The position numbers were made by a program, and so were the translations under genes. Below the pieces are notes generated by a model that was given only the letters and a program-made list of their open reading frames with translations, ran no database searches and was not told the origin of the DNA. From a virus (lineage: Duplodnaviria > Caudoviricetes), in the IMG/VR virus record IMGVR_UViG_3300032285_003500, positions 1-62,419 of that record: a DNA stretch of 62,419 bases; one strand, 5' to 3'. Positions 10,159-21,766 of this stretch are shown piece by piece. How positions within the stretch are numbered: the stretch's first letter is position 1; every line of letters begins with the position of its first letter.

Positions 10159-10577
10159 GTCAAATTAAACTCCACTTGTGCGGACTCGTCCCAAGGCCAG
10201 GCGATATCGCGCTGCTGCATCCAAGAGGTGATTTCCTCGGTGAGATTTTGTCCGCGGATCCACCAATACTGTGTGCCATAGGCATCTATCACCGCAGGCC
10301 CATCTGTTCTATGCCGGAGGCCGTTTACAATCCACTCCTTTATTCCATTTATATTAGTCACCGCAGGTCCGTCTGTGCGATGCACTTTGTTGTTCACATA
10401 CCATACCTGTGTGCCATTCGCATAAATCCCCGCAGGTCCATCTGTTCGATGCCGTTTTCCGTGTTCATACCACAATTGTGTGCCGTCCGCAAGTATCACC
10501 GATGGTCCATCAGTTCGATGAAACATGCTGTTCACACGCCACGTCTGGATTCCATCAGCTTCTACAGCTAGCACCAT
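10149..10577 (-). CDS. Protein with four 23-aa HRTDGP repeats and a C-terminal F-x-L-x-W motif
   Basis: HRTDGP occurs four times at 23-aa spacing. Confidence 0.75.
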   Translation of the reverse strand: MVLAVEADGIQTWRVNSMFHRTDGPSVILADGTQLWYEHGKRHRTDGPAGIYANGTQVWYVNNKVHRTDGPAVTNINGIKEWIVNGLRHRTDGPAVIDAYGTQYWWIRGQNLTEEITSWMQQRDIAWPWDESAQVEFNLTWL

Positions 10578-10804
10578 TTTAACACGAACTCTGTCATATC
10601 TTCCACAGTGTCAAAATAAAGAATATAATAAAGGTGTGAGGGACCTGAGGGGTATAATACAGCGTTTTGAGATCTGAACCAGTTGATCACTTGCTGGTAA
10701 TCCTCCCATTTACCCACCTCTGAGGCAATTGTTTTGCCAATCTTCCCCCACATATGAGAGCCAAGGTGGACTCTCAGCGGGGGCGGAGTGCCTGTTGCAA
10801 TCAC
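10568..10804 (-). CDS. Small hypothetical protein (C-terminal F-x-L-x-W family)
   Basis: Ends YFDTVEDMTEFVLKWC; overlaps both neighbours. Confidence 0.6.
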   Translation of the reverse strand: MIATGTPPPLRVHLGSHMWGKIGKTIASEVGKWEDYQQVINWFRSQNAVLYPSGPSHLYYILYFDTVEDMTEFVLKWC

Positions 10805-11160
10805 TGCACCAGCTCAATCAGATCACTGTAATAGTTGGCCACTTCGCTCAAGCCTCCACTGTGTCCCATCTGCCAGGCCTTGCTGTAAAGCAAATCTGCC
10901 TTATCATGCCCCTTCATGTGATAAAAGCTTTCCAGATCATCACGGAACTGATTCTCCAGCACTGCACTGCGAGCATGGTAGCTGGCCACCTGATTCAGGT
11001 GTTCTTTCATCACATGATCATAGTTTTCCAGCTGGTCTGCGTAAGCACGAAGTTGAGCTGGTGTGGCATCCCTACCCAGCAAAGGCTTGCGGGGACGCGA
11101 CGGGAAAGTATCACGATTCTGGTATGCATTGCTTTCCAGCTTGGTCCACACATCCTCCAT
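10801..11160 (-). CDS. Hypothetical early protein
   Basis: AGGAG SD and upstream promoter; ends KAWQMGHSGGLSEVANYYSDLIELV. Confidence 0.7.
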   Translation of the reverse strand: MEDVWTKLESNAYQNRDTFPSRPRKPLLGRDATPAQLRAYADQLENYDHVMKEHLNQVASYHARSAVLENQFRDDLESFYHMKGHDKADLLYSKAWQMGHSGGLSEVANYYSDLIELVQ

Positions 11161-11188
11161 GGCTACTTCTCCTGTTTCTTACAGGGTC

Positions 11189-11216
11189 AATATAGCATAT
11201 ATTCAGCCCAGGTCAA
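11189..11216 (-). promoter_or_regulatory. Early sigma70-type promoter TTGACC-N16-TATATT
   Basis: Read directly; TGC precedes the -10; same architecture at 12411, 44495 and 46859. Confidence 0.7.
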
Positions 11217-12385
11217 CACTTATTTTTGATAAGGAACTCTTCTATGGTATTGATTTCATTATCATCAAACCCAAAAATTGTATAAATTTCGGCATCATGC
11301 CAGCTCTTGTTTTCATCCAACAAGGGCATTTGATAGAGTGCTGTGGCATTAAAACCACCGCTTTTGGTGGAATTTACAAAAAATCTATAAGCATTGCTGG
11401 TAAAAAAACTCAGAGCATTTAGAGCTTTTTTCTTACTGGAATATGTGATTTGGAAGGCATTACCACCAGCAACATGAGTATTACTATACAAGATATATCT
11501 GTGTGGCTGATCTGGCTGGTAATAGTAACCACTGTTATTAAAGATCACATTATGACCTTGGAGGCTACTCACATCCTGTTTAGTAAACCAGGTTTCAGTG
11601 CTGCTATGAACCACTGGATTTACAAACTTGCCCTTGCTCTTTTCCGAGAACAAATCGTTCTCCCTGGGATGAGGACTACTATAAAGTCTCTGTAGCAGAG
11701 TTTTGGCAGGAGGAAAAGGACTCCCTTTCATTTTGGAACATATGGTATCAGCCAACTGTGACTCAGCACTGGTGTAAATCTTGTTTCCATCATATGCAGG
11801 TACTCCGTTCTTCTTTACAACAAATGCACAAATGCTTTCGCCCACAGCGAAATAATTGCTCACATCTTTGTTGAGCCACACAATTTGATTGCCAGCCAAA
11901 CAAGCCCGTGCGTCCTTGGCTACAGTAATATCCTGATCCATCCAACTGTTGGGGATCACAAACGCCAGATGCCCCTTGTCCTCCAGCAAATCTAGTCCAC
12001 GTTCTACAAAATTATACCAAATTTTGATACGTTTACTTTCATCACTTTGATAAGGTGGGTTTCCCACAATCACATCAAACTTCATATCACCCCAATCATG
12101 AGTCAAAAAGTCGCTGACCATCAAATGATCACTCACCAACTTTTTGTTGTTCCTGGCATAGTTTACCCTGAGAATGTTGGTTTCACAACCCCAGATTCGC
12201 TGTGCAATATTTGTGTGTGAATGACCAGCCATGCGCAGCCTACGCTCTATTTCCACAAGAAATTGACCACCGCCCATGGCAGGATCCAGGAAGCTGGTGG
12301 TTGAGCTCTGCCACACTTCAGGTGGAAGTTGATCCAGAATCTCAGTGACCAATGGCTGTATTTGGAATTTTAGACGACTGATCAA
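11213..12385 (-). CDS. Orphan DNA adenine methyltransferase (Eco57I/N6-Mtase-like)
   Basis: FLDPAMGGGQF SAM-binding motif and FDVIVGNPPY catalytic motif; TTG start. Confidence 0.9.
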   Translation of the reverse strand: MISRLKFQIQPLVTEILDQLPPEVWQSSTTSFLDPAMGGGQFLVEIERRLRMAGHSHTNIAQRIWGCETNILRVNYARNNKKLVSDHLMVSDFLTHDWGDMKFDVIVGNPPYQSDESKRIKIWYNFVERGLDLLEDKGHLAFVIPNSWMDQDITVAKDARACLAGNQIVWLNKDVSNYFAVGESICAFVVKKNGVPAYDGNKIYTSAESQLADTICSKMKGSPFPPAKTLLQRLYSSPHPRENDLFSEKSKGKFVNPVVHSSTETWFTKQDVSSLQGHNVIFNNSGYYYQPDQPHRYILYSNTHVAGGNAFQITYSSKKKALNALSFFTSNAYRFFVNSTKSGGFNATALYQMPLLDENKSWHDAEIYTIFGFDDNEINTIEEFLIKNKC

Positions 12386-12410
12386 CTCTCGGATCCTTTA
12401 TAATATTTTC

Positions 12411-12438
12411 AATATAGATTGAATTGCTATTATGTCAA
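12411..12438 (-). promoter_or_regulatory. Early promoter TTGACA-N16-TATATT for the MTase
   Basis: Read directly on the minus strand. Confidence 0.65.
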
Positions 12439-12456
12439 CACCTGGTTTATTGGGTA

Positions 12457-12897
12457 GCTGGGATCAGACCTACTCTCCCCACCAAATGGGGAGATAGCAA
12501 TGAAAGGATATTGGTATAGCCATCACAGAGCAGAATTTCTTGGACTGATCCTAGGATCGCAAGCGGTTTCTCGGTACTTGCTGCAAGTGTTGCTTGCACA
12601 TCCACTATCTCGAACACACAGTTCAGAAGCGGCAAAGTTGAACAGACAATTCCACTAACTGTTTCAACTCCTGGTTGTTCACTGAGGACGGTGAGAGCAA
12701 CCCATTTATAACCAAATGCCACACATTTGAAAGATGATTTGAGTGCCCTCTGTTGCTACTGGGGCACATATTCCGGGTTCGCACTGGAGAGTTTTGTCAT
12801 CGGCAACCAGCGGTGCTTCCCGGTCGCTGATAAGCCCAGCATTTTTTTGCGTTCCTGATGGAGACCATCCCTTCCGCCACCAGCAGCCAATAGCTGG
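12457..12897. ncRNA. Candidate large structured ncRNA or structured DNA element
   Basis: No credible CDS; many short inverted repeats plus long-range complementarity between 12457-12467 and 12827-12840. Confidence 0.45.
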
Positions 12898-12958
12898 CAT
12901 ATTCAAGCTTATTATATGTTTTTTCGTTGCTTATTATGTGAGGGATAGGCACAGCATT

Positions 12959-13678
12959 TCAAATGCTGCGCACACGAACCATCAAGTAAGTTGATAGATA
13001 TGGATGTTCAATCACCAAATTTCGCGCTAGAGCATGAACACTGTAATTGCCCTCCAACATCCGTTCCAATCTGAGAGCCTGGCTGTTCACAGTTTCATCC
13101 AAACTGAGACCTTGTTCAGGTAGCTCTTCTGTTATACCCAAATATTCCAGGTTCCATTGCACTGCTTCTCTCATGAATATCAGATCAGCATCGTTCAAAT
13201 AAACATCGCTCAAACTGCTTTCACTCAACCATTCCTTGACCTGCTGATCAGGTTTGGTGGGCACTTGCTTTATGTCCACATACTTGCGCAAATTGTTGGG
13301 AGTTACAACCTCCAATTTGCCCTTGGGTAACCGGAGACTGGTAAACTGCCACTCTTGTACATTTGTGAGTAGTGTGATCTCTTTGAGCAAGGACGTCAAA
13401 CGTTCGGGGAATTGGTCATTGCGCTTGAACTCTGCAAATGTGAGATAGTAGCCTTCCTTGCTGGGTGCAGGTGAAACATCAGTGTCCTGAACCTGTGTGG
13501 GGCTGCGCTCAATAAAGTTGCTCAAATCGTGTGCAGGATTTTCTTCAAAGGCATAAAAGCCCACCACAATCATGCGCTTGTCATCCAACTTGCTGTTGAA
13601 CTCGTCAATGGTGAGCATGGGTAACACCATGCCATCCAGATCACCTGCTCGGAGACCTTCTGTTATAAATTCGCTCAT
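12959..13678 (-). CDS. Jumbo-phage hypothetical protein
   Basis: 239-aa ORF; EGLRAGDL..IDEFNSKL..DL..FIE..DTDVS pattern; ATGA-coupled to 13675..14169. Confidence 0.7.
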   Translation of the reverse strand: MSEFITEGLRAGDLDGMVLPMLTIDEFNSKLDDKRMIVVGFYAFEENPAHDLSNFIERSPTQVQDTDVSPAPSKEGYYLTFAEFKRNDQFPERLTSLLKEITLLTNVQEWQFTSLRLPKGKLEVVTPNNLRKYVDIKQVPTKPDQQVKEWLSESSLSDVYLNDADLIFMREAVQWNLEYLGITEELPEQGLSLDETVNSQALRLERMLEGNYSVHALARNLVIEHPYLSTYLMVRVRSI

Positions 13679-14169
13679 AGTGTGGTGCCCTTTGCCAGCT
13701 GATCTTCTGCCTCGTCAGCATCATCTGCCTCCATGTCATACTGATCCAACATGTCCTGGTTCACAGCTTCCACAAAGCGGCGCGGGATACTCATATATAC
13801 GATCCAAATGGGTTTCTTTTTCATTCGGGGCTTTTTGGTTCCTGGTTCATAGTCACTGGGGCTTTTTACCTCCACTGGAACCTCTTCCTGGGCCTTTTGG
13901 AATTTGATACGAGTGCCATGGGGAGTAAGTCTTAATCCACCCTCAGGATCGGGCATTTGTTCATATTCATACTTGAATGCCACATCCACCCAGTATTTGC
14001 GAACCACAGGGCCTTTTACCAAAACCCCTTTGATCCAATTTTTAAAAACATACAGGTTACTGTCGTCGAGATAAGTCTCAACGTCAATCATGATGTCCAG
14101 CAGGTCGTCTTGACTGCTGAGTTTATCTACAATTTCACTTGCGTCGTTTTCGGTGATGATCTGAGCCAT
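13675..14169 (-). CDS. Jumbo-phage hypothetical protein (late)
   Basis: LD..LYVFKNW..G.LV.GP..KYWV..MPDP.GG.RL pattern; perfect TATAAATA upstream. Confidence 0.75.
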   Translation of the reverse strand: MAQIITENDASEIVDKLSSQDDLLDIMIDVETYLDDSNLYVFKNWIKGVLVKGPVVRKYWVDVAFKYEYEQMPDPEGGLRLTPHGTRIKFQKAQEEVPVEVKSPSDYEPGTKKPRMKKKPIWIVYMSIPRRFVEAVNQDMLDQYDMEADDADEAEDQLAKGTTL

Positions 14170-14193
14170 ATTATCAAGTGTCCACTTTAGGAG

Positions 14194-14201
14194 TATTTAT
14201 A
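14194..14201 (-). promoter_or_regulatory. T4-type late promoter TATAAATA
   Basis: Full consensus here and at 26673-26680(-), 27573-27580(+) and 42865-42872(+); core TAAATA precedes many genes, e.g. 50, 7232(-), 15133, 21734, 22107, 57792(-). Confidence 0.75.
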
Positions 14202-14277
14202 TGGTGTCAGTGGTTACGGATATTGTCGTGTGCCAGGAACGATGCCCATTTATCCCTGGCACACAACAATTCAGGCA

Positions 14278-15033
14278 CTAGTTGCGATACATGTCCAACA
14301 CTGTGTCAATGATTGGATGACGCTCAATATCTGCTGGTTTGAATTCACAAACAGCAATACCAGATCTGCTACGAGCGCGAGCCATCACATCTTTGAGACC
14401 GTTCAGTTCAAAGCCTCTGTCATGCTGCTGTATGTCGCCTGTGACAATGATTTTACTACCGTCTCCAATACGGGTCAGCAGCATTTGCATCTGATTGGGG
14501 GTGCTGTTCTGAAACTCATCTCCAATGATCCAAGCTTCTTTAAAAGTGCGACCTCGCATATATGCCAGTGGCGCAATCTCTATGATTCCATCTTCAATCA
14601 TAGTAAGCACTTGTTTTTTGGTGTAATATTCATAAAAATAATCCAGTATGGGCAGAACCCATGGTTGCATTTTTTCAACTAGTGTTCCAGGAAGGAACCC
14701 ATGTTGTTCATCAACACTAACTGCTGGACGGGTAATAATGATCTTTTTTACGTCACCACGCTTGAGGGCTTGAATTCCTGCAAGTGCAGCAAACATAGTC
14801 TTACCTGTGCCAGCAGGTCCCACAGCAAATACAATATCCAAGCTGGTGTCTTCCAGCTTATCAATATAAAACTCCTGGCTCAAATTTCGGGGCAGGAGTT
14901 GCACTTTGCTCTTGGTGTTTGTCTGGAATTGATCCAGTTCAACAATGTTGTTACGAACATGACGATCTCTGTGCATGTTGCGATCTTCTCTGGGATTTGC
15001 TCGGCTAGAGCGTTTAAATTTCCTGTTTAGAAT
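14278..15033 (-). CDS. phoH: PhoH-family ATPase (start at ATG 14976 or in-frame ATT 15033)
   Basis: GPAGTGKT, RPAV, GFLPG, AYMRGRTF, DE.QN, LTRIG, TGD..QHDR and RHP motifs. Confidence 0.92.
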   Translation of the reverse strand: MLNRKFKRSSRANPREDRNMHRDRHVRNNIVELDQFQTNTKSKVQLLPRNLSQEFYIDKLEDTSLDIVFAVGPAGTGKTMFAALAGIQALKRGDVKKIIITRPAVSVDEQHGFLPGTLVEKMQPWVLPILDYFYEYYTKKQVLTMIEDGIIEIAPLAYMRGRTFKEAWIIGDEFQNSTPNQMQMLLTRIGDGSKIIVTGDIQQHDRGFELNGLKDVMARARSRSGIAVCEFKPADIERHPIIDTVLDMYRN

Positions 15034-15167
15034 GGCGAATCTCCTTGCGAGAGTGGGGCACCAGGTCTATTTAGAACCTTGCCCGGTCAATAATCACACA
15101 CTTTATCCAAATATGTTTGCAGCAGCTATCCATAAATATCACAAACCGCGGACATCTGTTGAACAAT

Positions 15168-18100
15168 ATGACAAGTAACATCAATCCCTTTGCCATCAAT
15201 CCTAATGTGCCTGTTGCAAACAGCGACAACCCCAGTCAGGATCTACGCAATAATTTTCAGGCCATCAGCAATCAGTTTACCGTAGCTGCTCAAGAAATCG
15301 GCAGCTTACAAAATACTACTGTGCGGCTGGATGGTATTGTGCAAAGCGATACAGTTATTCTCACAAGTGATTTGGCCGGCACACTAGTGGTAACACGCTT
15401 GAGACCCAGTGATTTGGTCAATGCTTTTGAAGTGCCTGGAACGGGAGCCATGCGTGTGCCCGTGGGCAGCACATCACAAAGACCCAGCAGCAGCCCCTTG
15501 AAACCAGCCAAGGGTATGATTCGTTATAACACAGACGTGGAAACACTAGAATACTATCAGGGCAACAACTGGGTTCCATTTGGTGTCACAGGACCTATGG
15601 GACCCTCTGGCACAGCAGGCGCTCCAGGTGGACCCACAGGCTCCACAGGTGTAACCGGCCCAGGGGGTTTTGGACCCACAGGAGCCACAGGTGTTGCTGG
15701 CACGGCTGCAAATACTGGGGCCACTGGTGCCAGTGGATCAATTGGACCCACTGGCTATACAGGACCTGCTGGAACGGCAGCCAACACTGGTGCCACAGGT
15801 GCAACAGGTGTGGCTGGACCAGCTGGTGGACCCACAGGAGCTACTGGACCAGTGGGTAATGCAGCCCCTGGTGGCCCCAACCGCAGTGTTCAGTTCAACA
15901 ACAGTGGTGTGCTTGACGGCGACGCTGCTGTGACTTTTGACGGCAACCAACTGTTGGCCGATCAGTTGCTGGTGGATCAAGTGGGCATCAACAATGATGT
16001 GATCACCAATGTGCTCAACACCGGAGTGCTCAACCTCAATGCCAAGGGCCATATCAACAACATTCGTGTAATGAACACTGGAGGTGGATATGTCTCTGTG
16101 CCAAATATTACCATTGCTCCTCCCCCACTGGGAGGTGTGCAGGCCAGTGCAGTGGCCCGAATGGGTGCAGTGGTGGCAGTCCCTTATAATAGAGGTATTG
16201 GATACCTAAAAAATGATGTGCTGACTGTCACTGGTGGTATTCATGCAGTGCCCACTCTATTACAAGTTGACAGCGTTCGAATTGGAACTGCAACTATAAA
16301 TCCCAACAACACAGGCCGTGGTTATAAACCCAATGATTTGTTGACAGTTGTGGGCGGAAGTGGACCTGCTCCCGCCACACTAATTGTAACTCGTATAGGT
16401 CTAGTAGACGCCAATATCGTAAGTCCCGGCAGAGGTTACAAGGATGGCGAATCTGTAACAGTTTTCGGTGGTGGAGCCATCACACCAGCAGTTTGTGTCA
16501 TCAACGCAGAGCCCATCACAATTGAAAGTTGGGATCAAAGCCTTCCAGGCAGCACATCACTCACTTACGATTTGGATTATTTGGCTGCTCCCAGTGTTTA
16601 TACCTATGTGAGTGTTTATGTAAACAGCACTCTCAAAACATATCCCACAGATTACACACTCAGCACAGTGGGTTCGATTACTAGAATAACCTTTGCAGTT
16701 GCACCAGGATTGGGCAACACTGTCACAGGCCGCCTCAACAGTTTTGTGGGATCAGGATTTGCACAAACTTTCAACTTGAGCGGCAACGTGCCTTTGAGTG
16801 AAAGCGAGCAACTGCACGTTACCCTTGACAACGTTACTCAAACATTGAACGTGGATTACACACTTGTGGATCAGGGCATGATCACTCAATTGGTGTTTGG
16901 CACACCGCCTGGCACAAACAAGATCATCAAGGCCACACTGGGAGGACGTGTCACAGCAGTGGAAATTGTCAATCCTGGCAGCTACAGAGACATGCCCAAC
17001 ACTATTGCTAACACAACAGCAGGGGGATCAGGCACTGGCTTACTAGTGGAATTCAACACAACTGTTCAGGAAGTGCTGCTACAGAATCAAGGTCCTTATG
17101 ATCAACTGCCTGCTAATCTCACCAACAACAAAGTAACTGGTGGCAGTGGATTTGGAGCATACTTTGATCTCACCAGCGAGATAAACAGTTGTGTGATATT
17201 GGATCCTGGCAGTTATAGTCTGATACCCACTCTGATTGAAAATAATGTTACCACAACTGGACCTGGTTTGGGAGCCACTGTGAATTTGAGTTACGGTGTA
17301 ATGTATGTGGATGTGACCAATCCTGGAAGCTTGTATGAGCAAAGTCCAGAAGTGACAGTCACAGCAAGTCCCAGCCGTAACAATGCAAGATTGAGTGCTC
17401 AAATGACTGGCGCCAAGGTGCGTATTGGAGACTTGGTTGTGACTGGGTCTGCTGTGGGAACTGCGCCAGTGGTCACCAACGTTATCTATGTGACCATGGA
17501 TGGTGACGACAACAATGATGGTTTGAGTGAAGACAGAGCCAAGAAAACTATCAAGGCAGCCGCAGCCATTGCCAAACCCTATACCACTATCTTTGTACGT
17601 GCAGGAAATTATGTGGAACAAAATCCCATTTATGTGCCTGAACGTGTGGGTATTATTGGAGACAATCTGCGTAGGGTAAATCTCTATTATGGAAACCCAA
17701 CCAAGGACTTCTTTTGGGTAAACAATGCAGTTTATATTGCAGGTGTGAGCTTTCGTGGAGGACGGGCTCCAGGCTACTCCATTGCGTTTCCGCCACTGAG
17801 CAGTCCTTACCTGCCTCCAGGAGTGCGCGGTGGGGCCGGAATAATCAGCACATCCCCTTATGTGCAAAACTGCACTTGCTTTAACGGCACTGGTGGTGGC
17901 ATGAAGGTGGATGGAAATTTGGCCAAAGGCACCAAGAGCATGGTTTTGGACGCATTCACTCAGTTCAACCAAGGTGGTCCTGGTATTCACATTACCAATC
18001 AGGGCTATGCACAGCTGGTGAGTATATTCACAATCTGCACCAATATTGGAACCTGGGTTCAAAACGGAGGCACATGCTCCATCAGCAACTCAAACACCAG

Positions 18101-21100
18101 CTTTGGTGATATTGGTATTTTGGCTGACGGTATCAGTCCTTATTTGTTTGGTGGTAACATCAAAACAGGCACCGGCCGATTCAGAGTAGACAACATAACC
18201 ATCAACGGCATCAACAGCCGCCCTTATGTGGGCCTAGTAGCAACTATTGGTCCAGAATTCAGCTATGTGGAAAGCATTGAAGTTTTGGACGAAGGTCAAG
18301 GATACATCACACAACCAACTGTGGTGGTGGATCCGCCAGTGGGATATGCCTTCCGTCAAGCCACAGCTGAGGCCAATGTTTCTGCTGGAGTTATCAACAG
18401 CTTTACAATCACTGACAATGGGGCTGGCTACACAGGGCAAGCCTATGTGACTGTGTATGACGCAAGTGGTATGGCACCTCCATCCACCACAATTGTTTAT
18501 AGAGCACAAGAAATAACCATCAACAATCCAGGTGCTGGCTATGTGGTTGGTGACCAAATAACCATTGAAGGCGGAATTTATCCTACTGTGAGCGTGGACG
18601 AACCAGTTATTCTTACTGTTACAGGAATCTCTCTCACTGGCGGTGTGACAGCGGCCAATTTTTACAGCACTGGCAACTACAGCTCATTGCCAATTGTCAG
18701 CGGCGCACTCACAAGCACAAGTGGTGTGGGCAAAGGCTTCAGTTGCGGATTGAACTTTGGAATTTATCAAATACTCATGGATCCAGGAGGTGAAGGATAC
18801 ACAACCCCCATAGTCACCATCACAGGAGGTGGTGGAATCACTGCTCGTGCTGTGGCAGATTGGGACTCCAAAACTGGAACAATCAACACAGTGAGTATGA
18901 TCAACCAAGGCAACGGTTATATTTGCAAGCCTGATGTGATCATAACAGGTGGAGGCGGTGTGGGTGCCACAGCAATTTCCAATGTGGAAAACGGAACTAT
19001 CACCAGCGTGAGAGTCACCAATCCTGGTGTAAACTTTAGTAGCACACCCTCTGTATCCTTTACAGGTGGTGGTGGCAGTGGCGCACTCGCAGGAGTTATC
19101 TACTTCAAAACTGTGTATGCAACAGTCAACAACGGTGGTGTAGGATACACCGTAAACAATATTCTCACCATACTGGGTGGCACAGGTGCTCCTACTCGTT
19201 TGAGAGTCACTGCTGTGGACAATTTTGGTTCTGTAACAGAAGTGGAAATAGACAGTCAAGGTAGCTACAGCATGATGCCCAGCGTGGTGGCTGCCCCTGT
19301 GGTGGCTAGCCCCGTGGGGGGAACAGATTGCTTGATAGATCTGAGTCTGGGTCTTAATGACATAAGTTTGACCAGTGGTGGCAGCAGTTATGAAAGCGGT
19401 CCCAAGGTGAGAGTTGTGGGTGGTGGGGCAGAAAGCCGTAGCTTTACACAAGGCAAACTCTACTATGAAGGCTCTGGCACCCTATTGCCCACACAGCCCA
19501 GTATTGTTATCAGTGCCCTGGCTTATGGCAAGACATTGACACAGAGCATTGTGGCAGGAGTTCCTATTCCAACTCCGTTGTATCAGACGAATATTCCGCA
19601 AGTGTTTGATCCTGCCTTGAGTGCTGGCGGTTCATTGCTCACACAAGTGGTTCTGGGAACAAACAATTTTTGGGATATGGTCAGCAACTTTATCAGCACT
19701 TTGGCTCCCAACGGACCCAGTGAAAGTCCTTTTGATAATGCAAGCATGTTGTTGGAAATCAACAAAGCATTTTTACAATCGGAAACAGTTGCGTATGTAA
19801 ATCAAACCTATCCTGGTTTTGTTTATAATGAAGCTCTTTGCTACAGGGATGTGGGATTGATCATAGATGCAGTGAGTGTGGATGTGTTGGGTGGAGGTTA
19901 TGTGAGAAGTATCCGTGCTGGACAAGCCTACTGGAACGGTGTGGCCTCTTTGATTCCTGGAGAAACTACTCAAACATTGGCTGCACTCACCTATCTGACT
20001 GGGTTGTGTGAAGATGTGGTTGCCAACAATGCAGTGGTGCCGTTGCAGAGCATTGTTGCACAAACTATTATACCCTACTTGAGTGGTGGAACAAGAGCCC
20101 AAAGCAATATTGTAACCAGCTTTGGGATTATCAAATACATAATCAACAATGGAACAAGTCTAACAGGATTTGCCGATGCTAGCCAATTGTTGCAGGCCAA
20201 CAAGAACTTCCTGCAAGCAGAAGTGTTGGCATATGTGCTGACTCTCACCGGTCTCAATACAACTGAGTCTCAGCAGTTTGCCAACGATTTGGGTAATGTG
20301 GTGGAGGCTGTGGCTGTGGATGTGACAGCTGGTGGTGGGGTCAAAGCACAAAGCAGAGCCATGATGTATCCCAAGTATTACACTATAAGCAGTGCTACAC
20401 CACTGGTGCCCACAGGAGGAACTTTGGTTCCCAAAACAGCACTCACAGAGAGTCTCACCTATACGGAAGGACAGTCTTACTATAATGGAGCAACTTTGCT
20501 TATTCCCCCTGCACAGTTGACTCCAACTCTTAATGCAATAACTTATGCCAAGGAATGGGGTGCCAATCTTATTCAGGCTATTACCACACCACCAGTTGCT
20601 TATCCTTTGGCACCCTATCAGTTGACTGTGCCTCCTGTGACAAGTGGTAGCCTGTCTGGTGGAAGCATTGCAGAAGATTGTATGCGCACTTTGTTTGACA
20701 ATGTGAGTCGTTTCCTAAACGATGGAATTGACATGACAAATTATGCAAACGCATCAGCAATTTTGATCACTAACGAGACTGCACTAAAAGATGCTGTCAA
20801 GCTGTATGTGCAAACAACATACCCCACACTGCTCACACCCACACAGTTAAACTTGTGTGCCAGGGACGTGGGATACTTGGTGGAAGCAATAGCAGCAGAT
20901 ATCCTAAAGGGTGGAATCAGTCAAAGTTTGCAGGCTGGTAGAGCCTACTGGAGCGGGCTGAACTTGTTGATTACTACCACCCCTGTGGATACTGTGGCAC
21001 CTACACTGGATGCTATTGACTATTTGGCTGACCTGATACTGAATCCCGTCACAGGACTGCTGGTTCCTTATCTGACCCAGGTGGGTGATACTGCCACATG

Positions 21101-21716
21101 TTGCATTTTTGTAATGAAACAAATCATTGGCAATGGTCCAGCACTGGAAGGATTCAATGCTGCCAGTCAGCTGTTGCGTCTCAACAAAACTTTCCTACAA
21201 GCTGAGGTTTTGGCCTATGTTATCACAACCAATCCAGGACTGCTGACGCCTGTTCAACAAGCACTGTTCAGTAAAAATTTGGGTAATATTGTGGATGCAG
21301 TGGCAGGAGACTTGGTGGGTGCAGGATTGAGTCCTGTGGGTTATACAGTGGATAATGAAACCACTGTTGTGTTTGAAGAAGCAACCGATTATGCTCCACT
21401 AGACAACGAAATTGTCAACTTCTATCAAGTGAGTGTGGCAAGTGCAAGTGGACATACATTTGAATATGTGGGAGCAGGCACAGATATCAACACCTGCCTG
21501 CCACAACTGGGTGGGGTGCCGGTGCAGGCTAACGAAGTTGTCATGCGCAAGGGCGGTAGGGTCTACTACACTAGCACAGATCACAAAGGTGACTTCCGTA
21601 TTGGTGAAGGATTGGTTATCAACCAGAACACTGGCACACTCAGCGGACGTGTTTTTGCCAAGAGTTTGTTTGGTATTATCACTCCATTCGTGCTCAGCAT
21701 CGAGAATGCAGGATAA
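15168..21716 (+). CDS. Giant virion structural/fibre protein (~2180 aa) with short collagen, G-x-G-Y repeats, beta-helix-like core and four helical repeats
   Basis: TAAATA promoter; [12 protein letters not shown]-terminal motif; repeated (N/D)xGxGY...P.V units; [18 protein letters not shown]; CYRD/CARD helical repeats. Confidence 0.8.
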   Translation: MTSNINPFAINPNVPVANSDNPSQDLRNNFQAISNQFTVAAQEIGSLQNTTVRLDGIVQSDTVILTSDLAGTLVVTRLRPSDLVNAFEVPGTGAMRVPVGSTSQRPSSSPLKPAKGMIRYNTDVETLEYYQGNNWVPFGVTGPMGPSGTAGAPGGPTGSTGVTGPGGFGPTGATGVAGTAANTGATGASGSIGPTGYTGPAGTAANTGATGATGVAGPAGGPTGATGPVGNAAPGGPNRSVQFNNSGVLDGDAAVTFDGNQLLADQLLVDQVGINNDVITNVLNTGVLNLNAKGHINNIRVMNTGGGYVSVPNITIAPPPLGGVQASAVARMGAVVAVPYNRGIGYLKNDVLTVTGGIHAVPTLLQVDSVRIGTATINPNNTGRGYKPNDLLTVVGGSGPAPATLIVTRIGLVDANIVSPGRGYKDGESVTVFGGGAITPAVCVINAEPITIESWDQSLPGSTSLTYDLDYLAAPSVYTYVSVYVNSTLKTYPTDYTLSTVGSITRITFAVAPGLGNTVTGRLNSFVGSGFAQTFNLSGNVPLSESEQLHVTLDNVTQTLNVDYTLVDQGMITQLVFGTPPGTNKIIKATLGGRVTAVEIVNPGSYRDMPNTIANTTAGGSGTGLLVEFNTTVQEVLLQNQGPYDQLPANLTNNKVTGGSGFGAYFDLTSEINSCVILDPGSYSLIPTLIENNVTTTGPGLGATVNLSYGVMYVDVTNPGSLYEQSPEVTVTASPSRNNARLSAQMTGAKVRIGDLVVTGSAVGTAPVVTNVIYVTMDGDDNNDGLSEDRAKKTIKAAAAIAKPYTTIFVRAGNYVEQNPIYVPERVGIIGDNLRRVNLYYGNPTKDFFWVNNAVYIAGVSFRGGRAPGYSIAFPPLSSPYLPPGVRGGAGIISTSPYVQNCTCFNGTGGGMKVDGNLAKGTKSMVLDAFTQFNQGGPGIHITNQGYAQLVSIFTICTNIGTWVQNGGTCSISNSNTSFGDIGILADGISPYLFGGNIKTGTGRFRVDNITINGINSRPYVGLVATIGPEFSYVESIEVLDEGQGYITQPTVVVDPPVGYAFRQATAEANVSAGVINSFTITDNGAGYTGQAYVTVYDASGMAPPSTTIVYRAQEITINNPGAGYVVGDQITIEGGIYPTVSVDEPVILTVTGISLTGGVTAANFYSTGNYSSLPIVSGALTSTSGVGKGFSCGLNFGIYQILMDPGGEGYTTPIVTITGGGGITARAVADWDSKTGTINTVSMINQGNGYICKPDVIITGGGGVGATAISNVENGTITSVRVTNPGVNFSSTPSVSFTGGGGSGALAGVIYFKTVYATVNNGGVGYTVNNILTILGGTGAPTRLRVTAVDNFGSVTEVEIDSQGSYSMMPSVVAAPVVASPVGGTDCLIDLSLGLNDISLTSGGSSYESGPKVRVVGGGAESRSFTQGKLYYEGSGTLLPTQPSIVISALAYGKTLTQSIVAGVPIPTPLYQTNIPQVFDPALSAGGSLLTQVVLGTNNFWDMVSNFISTLAPNGPSESPFDNASMLLEINKAFLQSETVAYVNQTYPGFVYNEALCYRDVGLIIDAVSVDVLGGGYVRSIRAGQAYWNGVASLIPGETTQTLAALTYLTGLCEDVVANNAVVPLQSIVAQTIIPYLSGGTRAQSNIVTSFGIIKYIINNGTSLTGFADASQLLQANKNFLQAEVLAYVLTLTGLNTTESQQFANDLGNVVEAVAVDVTAGGGVKAQSRAMMYPKYYTISSATPLVPTGGTLVPKTALTESLTYTEGQSYYNGATLLIPPAQLTPTLNAITYAKEWGANLIQAITTPPVAYPLAPYQLTVPPVTSGSLSGGSIAEDCMRTLFDNVSRFLNDGIDMTNYANASAILITNETALKDAVKLYVQTTYPTLLTPTQLNLCARDVGYLVEAIAADILKGGISQSLQAGRAYWSGLNLLITTTPVDTVAPTLDAIDYLADLILNPVTGLLVPYLTQVGDTATCCIFVMKQIIGNGPALEGFNAASQLLRLNKTFLQAEVLAYVITTNPGLLTPVQQALFSKNLGNIVDAVAGDLVGAGLSPVGYTVDNETTVVFEEATDYAPLDNEIVNFYQVSVASASGHTFEYVGAGTDINTCLPQLGGVPVQANEVVMRKGGRVYYTSTDHKGDFRIGEGLVINQNTGTLSGRVFAKSLFGIITPFVLSIENAG

Positions 21717-21766
21717 CATCCTGCATTCCCTTGTAAATAGCTGATCAAAGAAATGGGATTCGGATC

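Noticed and set aside
11213-12385. Complete restriction-modification system
   Set aside because: No endonuclease or specificity gene is adjacent, so it is treated as an orphan MTase.
12447-12994. Short ORFs in the 12.4-13.0 kb gap; RNase P RNA or tmRNA
   Set aside because: The ORFs overlap each other and lack an RBS or motifs; no GAGGAAAGUCC motif or tRNA-like ends were found.
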